From IMG/VR virus record IMGVR_UViG_3300028920_002946, positions 64,001 through 128,000 of that record: DNA of 64,000 nucleotides; one strand, written 5' to 3'. Shown in pieces: positions 9,342 to 18,617 of this stretch (its first letter is position 1; every line of letters starts with the position of its first letter). The position numbers and the translations under genes are program-made. The notes below the pieces were generated by a model, which saw nothing but the letters and a program-made list of their open reading frames with translations, was not told the origin of the DNA and ran no database searches. This DNA is from a virus.

Positions 9342-9785
9342 CTACAGGTCGCTGTTGCCGTAGTAGTAGCCGGTCTCGCCCGAGGCGGGCGCGCCCGTGA
9401 CGCCGGACTGGTCGTTGGCCAGATTCGCCATCACCGCATCGGTGAAGAGGCCGGAGCCGGTGTCGCCGATGTCCTGCCGCGGCCACTCGTCGGCCAAGGT
9501 GAACGTGCCCTCGGTGAGCACCAGCGGCGCGCCGTTGTGCCCGGTGAACACTGCCGAACTCGCGGCCGTCGAAAAGTACTTGAGGACCCCCTGCAGCATG
9601 CTGAACTGCACCTCGTCCGTGATCTCGAGCACGATCGTCTGTCCCCAGACGATGTATTGGTCCTGCCCGATGTTGTATCCGCCCTCCTGGCCGCCGCCGA
9701 GGCCGAGCCTCTTCGTGCAGTCCCTCAGGTAGATCTTGCCGACGTTCGTGCCGAAGTATTCGACCTTGAGCTGATTGTCTGCCAT
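9342..9785 (-). CDS. Virion-associated hypothetical protein
   Basis: SD AAGGAGG; three G-x-T-G motifs; late motif upstream. Confidence 0.7.
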   Translation of the reverse strand: MADNQLKVEYFGTNVGKIYLRDCTKRLGLGGGQEGGYNIGQDQYIVWGQTIVLEITDEVQFSMLQGVLKYFSTAASSAVFTGHNGAPLVLTEGTFTLADEWPRQDIGDTGSGLFTDAVMANLANDQSGVTGAPASGETGYYYGNSDL

Positions 9786-9860
9786 CTCATCCTCCTTGGA
9801 TGTGCCTCTCTCTGTTGCTGTTGTTGGCCCCGTGCGGGGCCTGACGTTATTTCAATCCCT

Positions 9861-9875
9861 ATTACTAGATAATTA
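9861..9875 (-). promoter_or_regulatory. Late-promoter-like motif
   Basis: TAATtatCTagTAAT. Confidence 0.65.
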
Positions 9876-9877
9876 CA

Positions 9878-11173
9878 CTACATAATCATAGCGTGGCTGT
9901 TCCAGAAGGCCTCCGACTGCGACAGCTCCTCGGGGGTGTGCTGGTGGCCTGACCCGCCGCCCTTGATGCCCTTGATGTTTCTTCTGATGGTCTCCGGCGC
10001 CATGGGCGTGCCCGCCGGGGTCGGTTCCGCGTTGAAGGTGATGATGTCCCAGTCCGCCCCTGTCGGCCTGCCGTCCGGCTCCTTCTCGAGCTGTGCCTTG
10101 GAGTACAGCACGACATCGACGTGGTCGGAGGGGATGGGTTGGACGTCCTTGGCCTCGAAATACCTCTGCTCGTACTCCTCCTCGAAGTCGCGCCTCTTCG
10201 TCGTCCTGGTCTTGAGGAGGGGTTCGTTCTGGGGCGTTATCTTGGCGATGGGGCACTTGATGTTCGGATCCTTCACCCTTGCTATCCTCACGAAGTCCGC
10301 ATAGCCCAATTTGGCCTGCCCCGTGCGGATCTGCCTCTCGGCCTCCTTGCGGAGGCTCTCCATCTGCGCGCGCGAGAGTTTCGTGCCGACGAAGTCCGGC
10401 TTCGCCTGCCTGAGCGCGAACTTGTTGATGCCCACCGCCGCCTCCGCATCCTGCTGCGCGGCTGCTGCCTCTATGGTGTTCGAGACGATGTCCAGCTCCT
10501 CGGCCTCCCGGACCAGGCCCTTCGACTCCAACCTTCCAGCTATTTTGTCGATAGCCTCGGCGCATGCATATTTCAAGCCGCTGTATTTGTCCGCCAGGGA
10601 TTCCGAGCCGCCATACTTCTCCATCTGCTCGGTCTCCTCCTGTTTGTCCCATGCGGCGCGCTGCTGCTGCGCCCGCTGCACCATGGCCTTGACCTCGTTG
10701 GGGCCGAGCCTCTTGGCCGTCTGGAACATCTGCTCCACCTTCGCGGCGGGAAGACGACTTAAGATGTTCTGCGTCCAGCGGCCCATCCCGCCGGGCTGCT
10801 CGAAACCGGGCACCACCAGCCAATCGCGGAGTTGCTTACCCTTAAGGCCGACTGCGACCTCGTAGGCATCGTAATCCCCGGGATTGGGGAGATCCTTCTG
10901 TGGGATGCAGTTATGCTTCTGCGAAGCCTGTATCGAGAATGAAAGGCCGTTGGGAAGGTCTATCGGCTCGTTCATCTGAGGGTCGTCGGTTCTTCTTTTG
11001 AGTCTTCTGATGAACTCGTAGTTCGCCTTGCGCGCCTGCGGGGCGCGGGGGTCGATAGCATACGCTTCAACCGTATTGGACACGGTGTCCAGCTCCTCGG
11101 CTTCCTTAAGGAAACCCTTCGACTCGAGGGAGTTGGCGATCCCGTCAATCTTCGAAGCTATCCTGTCGTACAT
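9878..11173 (-). CDS. Two-module head-cargo-like protein with C-terminal DUF3228-like domain
   Basis: Two targeting-like helices; C-terminal 'AKITPQNEPLL...RRDFEE...DVVLYSKAQLEKE...WDIITFNAE...PMAPETIRRN...GGSG...AFWNSHA' fits DUF3228 as I recall it. Confidence 0.7.
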   Translation of the reverse strand: MYDRIASKIDGIANSLESKGFLKEAEELDTVSNTVEAYAIDPRAPQARKANYEFIRRLKRRTDDPQMNEPIDLPNGLSFSIQASQKHNCIPQKDLPNPGDYDAYEVAVGLKGKQLRDWLVVPGFEQPGGMGRWTQNILSRLPAAKVEQMFQTAKRLGPNEVKAMVQRAQQQRAAWDKQEETEQMEKYGGSESLADKYSGLKYACAEAIDKIAGRLESKGLVREAEELDIVSNTIEAAAAQQDAEAAVGINKFALRQAKPDFVGTKLSRAQMESLRKEAERQIRTGQAKLGYADFVRIARVKDPNIKCPIAKITPQNEPLLKTRTTKRRDFEEEYEQRYFEAKDVQPIPSDHVDVVLYSKAQLEKEPDGRPTGADWDIITFNAEPTPAGTPMAPETIRRNIKGIKGGGSGHQHTPEELSQSEAFWNSHAMIM

Positions 11174-11176
11174 CGG

Positions 11177-11896
11177 TCACCCCAAGTATGAGTTGGTTTC
11201 GTACTTGCCGGACGGCATCTTGAACCACGACACCACGAGCTTCGCGTTCTCGATCGGCGTGCGCATGCCGTCCCTCGGCACTTCCCCCAGAGACGCCACG
11301 TCCATGATCGCGCGCCCCTCCCTGCCGGTAAGGAACCCCTCCCACTTCGTGCCGTCCTCGGCTATCGCGACGAGGCCGTTGTCCTCGAGTGCCTTGAATA
11401 TCTCGTCCAACGGTATCTGCGGCCGGTATTCCTTCGACACCTGGCTCAGGATACTGTTGACGCGCTTGCGGCGCGGATCCGATGCCTTCAACATAGGCTT
11501 CGTCTCGCCGGCGTCGATGGTGTTCGCGACGATATCCACCTGCTCGGCCTCGGCGAGGAGCCCCTTGGACTCGAGGTCGTTCGCGATTCTGTCCAAGGCG
11601 CGAGCCACGGACGCTTGAACCGCTTGCGCGGGCCCGCCGATCATGTTCAGCATCTCCGGCGTGATCGGCTTATCGTAAAAGGTGTCAGCTTCATCCTTCG
11701 CGATCTCCCTCGCTTGGGCCACAGACGTTACCACGGAACTGCGTGACACACCGTATCTCGCGTATGTGGTGCCCTCGGCCTCGCGTATTTTGTCCAAGAC
11801 TTGGGCGACGCTGTCGGCAAGTTGTTTGCTGGCGAAGACACCAATAGTCCTAGAACCCTCGTAGTCTCGGGAGAGATAGACCTCATAGATATCCAT
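11177..11896 (-). CDS. Hypothetical protein with internal targeting-like helix
   Basis: 'LDRIANDLESKGLLAEAEQVDIVANTIDA' separates two small domains. Confidence 0.7.
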   Translation of the reverse strand: MDIYEVYLSRDYEGSRTIGVFASKQLADSVAQVLDKIREAEGTTYARYGVSRSSVVTSVAQAREIAKDEADTFYDKPITPEMLNMIGGPAQAVQASVARALDRIANDLESKGLLAEAEQVDIVANTIDAGETKPMLKASDPRRKRVNSILSQVSKEYRPQIPLDEIFKALEDNGLVAIAEDGTKWEGFLTGREGRAIMDVASLGEVPRDGMRTPIENAKLVVSWFKMPSGKYETNSYLG

Positions 11897-11910
11897 GGTC
11901 GATCTCCGGC

Positions 11911-12345
11911 CTACGGCGTGACATCCAAGACGCCGGCGATGCTCGGGTCGGTATCCTTCTCGACCTTGATCGGGCGCCAGATGTCGGTGTCGGGGTCGAA
12001 CCCGTAGATCTTCTGGCGAAGGGTCGGATCGATCTCGTCGAGGCGCGGCACGATTATCACCGGGCCGGCCGCCCCCTCCGCTCCCGCCGGCGTGACACCC
12101 TTGAGCCAGAGATAGACGGGCGTGATGCTGTTGAAGGGCCTCGGGAAAGCCACAACCACGTGGTGCTTGCTGTAGTACGCGTCGGCCACGTTGGGGATGT
12201 CCCCGATCAGCAAGGCATCATCGATGCCGAAGTTGCTGGCCCTGTACAGGTTCCAACGCGCGTAGGAGCCATCGAGGTTGAGGTCCCAGAAGACCTCCGT
12301 CTTGTCCCCGTTGAATGCGATCTGGACGGTCGGGGCAACAGCCAT
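11911..12345 (-). CDS. Beta-rich (FN3/Ig-like) hypothetical protein
   Basis: 'VFWD...WNLYRAS...YLWLKGV...EG' pattern; SD-like AAAGGTGG. Confidence 0.6.
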   Translation of the reverse strand: MAVAPTVQIAFNGDKTEVFWDLNLDGSYARWNLYRASNFGIDDALLIGDIPNVADAYYSKHHVVVAFPRPFNSITPVYLWLKGVTPAGAEGAAGPVIIVPRLDEIDPTLRQKIYGFDPDTDIWRPIKVEKDTDPSIAGVLDVTP

Positions 12346-12422
12346 GTGGGGCCACCTTTATTGTCTGTTCGAGGGGGCGAAGCGCCCTCCGCAAGGCATG
12401 CCGGATGAAAAGATTATTCGAG

Positions 12423-13301
12423 TCAGCGGCCCGGGTTGCCGCGGCGGTCGCCGCGCTTGAAGTCCCGCACCCTCTTGAAGGCGCGCCCGAGGTGCCTGCG
12501 GTACTCCTCCGTGTCCGCCACGTCGATGTGCTCGCGGACGTACCCCATGATGGCCCTGAAGGCCGTCACCGTGGACTCGACGTCCGACATCGCCGCGTGC
12601 CACCCCTCTATCTTCACCCCCAGGGCCTGCAGGACCCTCTCCAGCGTCGCCGAGGGCCTCCCCTCGGCGTTGCGTATGCCCGACAGCACCTTGGCCGCTG
12701 TGGCGTCCCCAGAGGCCTCCAGCGCCTCGAGCATGGGGTAGAAGAAGAACCTGGCGAACAGCATGGTGTCCCAGACGCCGCGGTTGGGGATCCTCCCCAC
12801 CTTCGTGGCGACCATGCGCAAATCGAACTCCGGGTTGTGGCCCACGAGCAGGGCGTTGTGCCTCGCGCAGAAGTCCTTGAACTCCCGCAGAACCTCCATC
12901 TCGGGCCGGGCCTCGAGGCCGCTCTCCTCGTACCTGGTCATCTTGAGCACGTCCTCGACCGTCATGTGCCGCTTGTCGGCGGGCGTATTCTCGCCAACCT
13001 TCTGCTGCTCGATCTGCCTCCGCGTCTGATCCGTGAGCGCTGCCCGGGCGTGCATCGAGTCGATCTTCTTAAGGTCGGGGCCGCGGACGGCGACGGCGGC
13101 CACCTCGGTCACTTGGTGCGTGTGCTGGTCGAGGCCGGTCGTCTCCGTGTCGAAGAAGATGAAGGTCTCACTCGACAGGCGGTCGAGAAGCTCCCTGAGA
13201 GGCCCAAGATACTTCGCCTTGCCCGTGCCCGCCATCCTCTCCAGATAGGCTTCCACGACCCTCAGGCGCCTGCTCCCCATCCTGTGCATGCTCATCGACA
13301 T
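12423..13301 (-). CDS. DEDDh 3'-5' exonuclease (DnaQ-like)
   Basis: ExoI 'FFDTETTGLD', ExoII 'GHNPEFDLRM', ExoIII 'WHAAMSDV'. Confidence 0.9.
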   Translation of the reverse strand: MSMSMHRMGSRRLRVVEAYLERMAGTGKAKYLGPLRELLDRLSSETFIFFDTETTGLDQHTHQVTEVAAVAVRGPDLKKIDSMHARAALTDQTRRQIEQQKVGENTPADKRHMTVEDVLKMTRYEESGLEARPEMEVLREFKDFCARHNALLVGHNPEFDLRMVATKVGRIPNRGVWDTMLFARFFFYPMLEALEASGDATAAKVLSGIRNAEGRPSATLERVLQALGVKIEGWHAAMSDVESTVTAFRAIMGYVREHIDVADTEEYRRHLGRAFKRVRDFKRGDRRGNPGR

Positions 13302-13315
13302 ACACAGATAAGGGC

Positions 13316-13330
13316 ATTAGTAGGAAATTA
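13316..13330 (-). promoter_or_regulatory. Late-promoter-like motif
   Basis: TAATttcCTacTAAT, 15 nt upstream of the exonuclease ATG. Confidence 0.65.
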
Positions 13331-13486
13331 CTTCCGGATGGGTTCGACGATTTTGCAGAGGTAGCACTCCGTCCAATTCACGGACATATCCTCGTAGAGA
13401 GCGCGGGCGTCGAGTTCGTCCCCGAACGGAATCACCTCGACGGGCGCGTCATCGCGCTTGCGGATCACGATCCACTTGGGTTCCAC
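13328..13486 (-). CDS. 52-aa hypothetical protein not in the ORF track
   Basis: GTG start; MEPKWIVIRKRDDAPVEVIPFGDELDARALYEDMSVNWTECYLCKIVEPIRK*; fills the intergenic gap. Confidence 0.5.
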   Translation of the reverse strand: MEPKWIVIRKRDDAPVEVIPFGDELDARALYEDMSVNWTECYLCKIVEPIRK

Positions 13487-13505
13487 GGGATCTCGAATGC
13501 GAAAT

Positions 13506-13577
13506 TAATATTAGTTAATATTAAAACGGCTGCCATCGGCATCCGACGGTGCAAAACTAATATTAGTTAATATTAAA
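13506..13577. repeat. 20-bp AT-rich direct repeat (x2), each made of two TAATATTA palindromes
   Basis: taatattagttaatattaaa at 13506-13525 and 13558-13577. Confidence 0.9.
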
Positions 13578-14133
13578 TCAGAGACAGGTCCACATCACAG
13601 TCAATCTCGTCACCCCACACATCCCATCCGACAGACTTCTGCCTAGCGAACAGCTCTATTCGCGGAACATCGCCGCAAACATCAACAATCTTTCCCCGTA
13701 TGTCATCAGGCTTTTTAGAATGACCGCCTCTTTGATGCATAAACACATTAGGAATTCTACTCACGGTATCAACCGTAAACCTTCCTCGAGTACCAAACAG
13801 AATATGCTCAGTCGCACCCCTGAAATAAAATCCCATGCCATTGTTAATGACATTTCCTTGCTTATCAACCTTCACCCAGGTAAGAGTTGTTTTGTAACTG
13901 AATCCCCAAGCACTCATAACCTCAAAACCATACACTATCTTAGGATTCGTAACCCACAGAAAAAGGGCGCTGTTGTCGTCCGCTATCTCCGAAACAGGTA
14001 GCCGACAGATCTTCTCAACCGTCATCGTACCGTAATGGGCCTGCGGATTTCCCCCACGAGCGGCTTTTCTCCGCTTCTTCATCTTACCGTAATCCCAAGG
14101 GGGGTCGGCGTAAATAACGCTATACCTCTTCAC
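13573..14133 (-). CDS. MT-A70 family adenine methyltransferase
   Basis: 'YSVIYADPPW', 'ALFLWVT', 'FYFRGATEHILFG', 'HSKKP', 'RIELFAR...GWDVWG'; GTGA overlap with the upstream stop; markedly AT-rich. Confidence 0.9.
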   Translation of the reverse strand: MKRYSVIYADPPWDYGKMKKRRKAARGGNPQAHYGTMTVEKICRLPVSEIADDNSALFLWVTNPKIVYGFEVMSAWGFSYKTTLTWVKVDKQGNVINNGMGFYFRGATEHILFGTRGRFTVDTVSRIPNVFMHQRGGHSKKPDDIRGKIVDVCGDVPRIELFARQKSVGWDVWGDEIDCDVDLSLI

Positions 14134-17100
14134 CCCTTGAACTTCTCGATCCACCCGTCCGCGATCTTCTCCCACGAGTACTCCTTCATCTTCGCCTGCG
14201 CCTTGTCAGCCCACTCTCTTCGATAGTTGGCATCCGTGAGTAGCTTGATCGACTCCTCCACAAATCTATCCGTGTACTCCTTCGGATAGTCGGCGTCCAT
14301 GGGCAGGCCGTCGCCCGGAATGAGTATCCCGGACGGCCCAACGGTCGTCTTGAGGCCCGCGCGGTCGGTGGAGAGTATCGCATTGTGGGACAGGCCGTTC
14401 TCGACGGCGCCTATGCAAAATGTCTCGTCAAACCAACAGGGATAAAGCCAGACGTTGGCCCTCTTCTGATGCTCCGCCAATGTGGCCTTGTCGATGCGAT
14501 CAAGATACTCGACGCCCGGCTGCTCCATCGCCGCCTTGATCTTCTGGATGAAAGCCATGCCCCTCTGGTCGTTCCTGCGCTTCACGGCCGACTCCCAGTT
14601 GTAGAAGCCGTAGGCCACCTTCAGCTTGAAGTCCGGGACGGCCTTCCGTATCTCCGGCATCATCTGCAGCAGCTGATACAGGCCCCTGTCCGGACTCGAC
14701 GAATACACGGAGCAGTTCTCCTTCGCGGAGTCGTCGACGTCATTGTACAGATCCTGCACGACGCCGTTGGCGGTGAGGAACATCTTCTCGGGCGGCAGCT
14801 GCTTGTGGTGGCCGCAGAGGAACTCCTTGTGCCAATCGGAGAGGTAGGCGTACCCCTGCACCTTCCACGCCATCACATCGTAGTTGGGGTCGGGGTTCAG
14901 CCATATGTCGTGCACCATGACGTAGTTGCGCCCGCTGTGCAAACTCTGCCTCATGGGCTCGCAGCTACGGGACGATATGAAGTAGTCGATGTAAAGGTAC
15001 TGTATGTCCTCCATCATCTTCGTGTGATCCACGTACCGCACGGCGCCGTAATCGACGCCCCCCTCGACGACCGGGTCGAGGGCCACATCGTCCTTCGAGT
15101 CGGCGAGGAGGTCGTTGTAGACGGTGGCCTCGTAGCCCTTCCTCACGAACGCGCGCGCGAGGTACGCGGCCCACGTCTCCGACCCCGCCATCCCCTCGTC
15201 CACCCTCCGGCGGTTCCACGGCTCCCACGCGGGTCCCGTCCAGATGGCGATGCGCTTCCTCTCCCACTTCCGCTTGAGCATGACATGGTTCTCGCGGTCC
15301 TCGGCGTCGTAGCTCTCGCGGTCCTCGTCCTGGTAGGCGCCGCGGCTCACGCCCCCGAAGTGGAACACGAAGGAGCCGATCGACTGCCCGCACGCGAACC
15401 CGGCCTTCCCAAGCCGCATGCACAGGTCGAGATCCTCGCAGCCGTTCTTGAACCGGGTGTCGAACAGCCCAACCTCGTTGATGGCGCTGCGCGCGAATAT
15501 GGTGGCGTAGGCCGCGACCCACTCCTGCGGCTGGAAGATGTCCCTGTGCCTCCTGTTGGAGGCCTCCATGAACTCGTACAGCTCGTCGATGTGCGGGGTG
15601 ATCTCCTCCAGCTTCATGCCGGGGTGCAGCTCGACCCCCGCCCTCTCCAGGCGCATCGGGTAGGTCGGCTTCCCCGGGGCGCCGTGAAGCCATGACCTGT
15701 CGCAGTTCGACAGGACGCCGCAGGACGCCAGCCGGTGCACGGTTTCCATGTGCCTGACCATGTTGCCGAGCCAGCCCTTGGACACGACGACGTCGGAGTT
15801 CATGATGACGAAGAACTTGCTGCGCGAACTGCGTACCCCCGCGTTGCAGGCCTCCGAGAAGGTCTTTCGGGCCCCCTCCTCGCCGAGGACCGTTATCCCC
15901 TTCAGCGTCCTCAGATACTCCCACACCTCCGGCCCGCTCCCCGCGTCGCTGACGACGATGTGGAACGGGTGCACCGTGTTGAGGCGTATGGAACTGAGGC
16001 ACAGCTTGAGGTACTCGAGGTTGTTGTAGTTCGGGATCACGAGGTCGACGACATCCCGCGCCTTCTCCACGCTCGCGGGTGCCTCCGCGTGCTCCAGCCT
16101 GATGGTGCCATTCACGAGGCTGTCGAAGAGGTTGATGTAGTTCTGGACGTTGTTCTCGAGCCTGTAGGGGGCGACCGACCTCTTCGCGGCCTTGCCCACC
16201 CGGCGTCGCTCGCCCACGTCCCCCAGCTTGCGGAGGGCCTCGCCCCACTCCTCCTTCGTCTCGGCGATGAAGCCGTTCTCGCCGTGGGCGATGATCTCCT
16301 TGTAGGCCTGCAGCGGGCTCGCGATGACGGGCATCCCGAAGGCCATGGCGGTCGTCGCCTTCACGCTGCTCTTGCCGGGCTGCACGTCGACCCTCTGCGG
16401 GCAGAGGGCCACGTCGCAGGCGGCGAGGTCGTCCGGCCACGTGTCCGGGTCCCACTTGATGTCGGCGTTGTCCCACTCGGAGATCACCACCAGGTCGTAT
16501 CCGGCCGACTCGATGGTGTCCCGGAGGTGGTCGGTGACGAGGAAGGAGTTGCCGCCCATCCCCATGAACACGGCCTTCGGCCTCTCCCCCTTGATCTCCT
16601 TGTATTGGTGGGGCTTCCGCGGTTCGCGCTCCTCGACGCTGTCCTTGAGCACGACCGTGTGCAGGAACCCCCGCTCCCGCGTCATCTCCGCCAGCTTCGT
16701 CGAGCAGCAGAGGATGGCGTCGGCCTCGTGCATGCACTCGTCCTCGAGGGGGAACCCGAAGATGCCCTCGCAGTGGTCGAAGCATATCCTGCGGTTCTTG
16801 GCCTTCATGGCCCGCATCAAGTCCAGTTCGGCGGGGCCAAAGCTCGTGAACACGACGACGTTCGCCGTGCCGACGGCCTCCTCGACATCCTCCGCCGACA
16901 TGTTCTGGTACCCCACCACCCTGCGGCTCTCCACCCTCTTGCCCCGAAGCTTCTCGTCGATGATGAGTCGACGCAGTCTCGTGGAGGGGTTGGTGGCGTC
17001 GTCGTTGGGCAGCAGCCACACGACGGACGTCTTGCGGTGCTTGCGCAGTCGAAGGTCGGCGTGCAGTCCGTTGTTGGCGAGCACCTCCACCATGAGATCG

Positions 17101-18257
17101 CGGTTGCGCAGGAGGTTGCCGAGGGCGTCGAGATCCCCCTGCTCGATCGTCGACCCGCCGGTGCCCTTGCGGGTCTCCTCCTCGATGGCCGCCTTCAGCG
17201 CGCGGGCCTCCCTGCTCTCCGGCTTCTTCGATATCGCGTGGTCGACATGCTTGAGCGCCTCGCCCAAGCTCCTCCTCTTGAGCATGATCGTCGCCAGCTT
17301 CATCGAGGGGATGTACCCGTAATAGTCGACCAGCTGGGACATGCCCCCGGAGAGGGTCTTGGTGAGGGCCTCCCTGTAGTACGTGACGGCCTCGTCCTCG
17401 CGCCCCTCCTCCTCGGCTATGAGGCCCAGGACGACATGGTTCTCGGCGTATATGCCGTTGAACCGTATCCCGAGCATCGCGTAGTTGCGGGCCGCCTCCT
17501 TGTTGCCCTGCTTCATGTAGTAGTTGGCGAGCCGGATGCAGCCGACGGTGAGGTTGTCCACGAAGCCCTCGCCCCTCGCCACGAACTTCTCGAGGACGGG
17601 GACGGCCTCCTCCCACTTGCCGATGTCCGCCAGCTCCTTGCCGTAGTAGAAGGCGATCCTGGCGGACGCGGCGCCCGTGTCGTACTCCTGCTTGAGCAAG
17701 GTCAGGTTGCGCTTGGGGTCGTACGGCCGGTTGCGGTAGTGGTCGATCTTGATGTCGAGGCGGCTGATCCGCATCGACCCGTCCATGTTGAGGTACTCGT
17801 GGATGGGATCGTGCCAGCGTATCTTGGGCGTGTTGCGGACGAGCCGCTCCCTCGGGAGAATGAGGACGGGTCGGTCCTTGTCGTCGTGCGAGTAGACGTA
17901 GTCCATGAGGACCACGTCGATCTCCGGCAGCTTCTCGACGAGGGCGTTGATCTTGTCGTGTTCGGACTCCTTGACCACGTCGTCGGAGTCCAGCCAGAGG
18001 ATGTGCGCCGCCTCGCTCTGCTCGAACGAGTAGTTGCGGGCCTTCGAGAAGTCGTCGCACCACTCGAAGAAGGCGACCTTCGTGGCGTACTTCTCGGCGA
18101 CCTTCACGACCTCCTCGTCGCGCATCCTGGTGGCGTGCGTGATGACCACCTCGTCGAAGTTGATTCCCTGCACGCTCTTGAGGCACCGCTCGAGGATGTC
18201 GGCCTCGCCGGATCCCACTATCAGGTTCAGTCCCAGCTTCTTCGTGTGCTCCGCCAT
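14130..18257 (-). CDS. Multi-module glycosyltransferase (GT2 + TPR + GT-B + GT2 + GT-B), 1375 aa
   Basis: GT2 'WCDDFSKARNYS...LWLDSD'; TPR helices; GT-B 'KSSVKATTAMAFGMPVIASP'; second GT2 'VDLVIPNYNN...MNSD...GCEDLDLC'; C-terminal GT-B 'YSSSPDRGL...ETFCIGAVE'. Confidence 0.9.
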   Translation of the reverse strand: MAEHTKKLGLNLIVGSGEADILERCLKSVQGINFDEVVITHATRMRDEEVVKVAEKYATKVAFFEWCDDFSKARNYSFEQSEAAHILWLDSDDVVKESEHDKINALVEKLPEIDVVLMDYVYSHDDKDRPVLILPRERLVRNTPKIRWHDPIHEYLNMDGSMRISRLDIKIDHYRNRPYDPKRNLTLLKQEYDTGAASARIAFYYGKELADIGKWEEAVPVLEKFVARGEGFVDNLTVGCIRLANYYMKQGNKEAARNYAMLGIRFNGIYAENHVVLGLIAEEEGREDEAVTYYREALTKTLSGGMSQLVDYYGYIPSMKLATIMLKRRSLGEALKHVDHAISKKPESREARALKAAIEEETRKGTGGSTIEQGDLDALGNLLRNRDLMVEVLANNGLHADLRLRKHRKTSVVWLLPNDDATNPSTRLRRLIIDEKLRGKRVESRRVVGYQNMSAEDVEEAVGTANVVVFTSFGPAELDLMRAMKAKNRRICFDHCEGIFGFPLEDECMHEADAILCCSTKLAEMTRERGFLHTVVLKDSVEEREPRKPHQYKEIKGERPKAVFMGMGGNSFLVTDHLRDTIESAGYDLVVISEWDNADIKWDPDTWPDDLAACDVALCPQRVDVQPGKSSVKATTAMAFGMPVIASPLQAYKEIIAHGENGFIAETKEEWGEALRKLGDVGERRRVGKAAKRSVAPYRLENNVQNYINLFDSLVNGTIRLEHAEAPASVEKARDVVDLVIPNYNNLEYLKLCLSSIRLNTVHPFHIVVSDAGSGPEVWEYLRTLKGITVLGEEGARKTFSEACNAGVRSSRSKFFVIMNSDVVVSKGWLGNMVRHMETVHRLASCGVLSNCDRSWLHGAPGKPTYPMRLERAGVELHPGMKLEEITPHIDELYEFMEASNRRHRDIFQPQEWVAAYATIFARSAINEVGLFDTRFKNGCEDLDLCMRLGKAGFACGQSIGSFVFHFGGVSRGAYQDEDRESYDAEDRENHVMLKRKWERKRIAIWTGPAWEPWNRRRVDEGMAGSETWAAYLARAFVRKGYEATVYNDLLADSKDDVALDPVVEGGVDYGAVRYVDHTKMMEDIQYLYIDYFISSRSCEPMRQSLHSGRNYVMVHDIWLNPDPNYDVMAWKVQGYAYLSDWHKEFLCGHHKQLPPEKMFLTANGVVQDLYNDVDDSAKENCSVYSSSPDRGLYQLLQMMPEIRKAVPDFKLKVAYGFYNWESAVKRRNDQRGMAFIQKIKAAMEQPGVEYLDRIDKATLAEHQKRANVWLYPCWFDETFCIGAVENGLSHNAILSTDRAGLKTTVGPSGILIPGDGLPMDADYPKEYTDRFVEESIKLLTDANYRREWADKAQAKMKEYSWEKIADGWIEKFKG

Positions 18258-18287
18258 TCCTCTCTCTTCCTGTGCGGGTTCGGGGTG

Positions 18288-18608
18288 CTACAAGGTGTAT
18301 CCGACGACCGTCATGGTCTCATAGTCCGGGATGCCCTCGCCGTAGACCCTCGTCAGCTCCCCGAGGAGGCCACCCCGCGATCTGCAGACGGGGTCGTGCT
18401 CCATGTCCAGCAGCCACTGCGGGATGTCCTCCAGACTGCATCTGTGGATAAAGGACACCGTGGCCACCTTTATCGTGTTCCCCCCGAGCGCCCTGATCCC
18501 GACCTCCGTGCCGATTTGGAGATCCGACCATTTCGTCCCCCGGCGGATCGTGACCTGTGTCTTGCCCTCCTCGTGCACGTTGTTGCCGTCGAACAATAGC
18601 ACCCTCAT
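18288..18608 (-). CDS. ASCH/PUA-like domain protein
   Basis: 'EGKTQVTIRRG' resembles the ASCH G-x-K-x-x-T-x-R motif. Confidence 0.6.
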   Translation of the reverse strand: MRVLLFDGNNVHEEGKTQVTIRRGTKWSDLQIGTEVGIRALGGNTIKVATVSFIHRCSLEDIPQWLLDMEHDPVCRSRGGLLGELTRVYGEGIPDYETMTVVGYTL

Positions 18609-18617
18609 ACCACCTCC

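Noticed and set aside
12405-12422. GAATaatCTtTCAT as a late-promoter copy
   Set aside because: One base short in spacing, with a mismatched first half-site.
14965-18186. Long alternative-frame minus-strand ORFs (also 19168-21768 apart from its last 100 codons, 31374-33089, 44880-46196, 46193-47725)
   Set aside because: Arg/Gly/Pro-rich off-frame products typical of high-GC DNA, overlapping well-supported genes.
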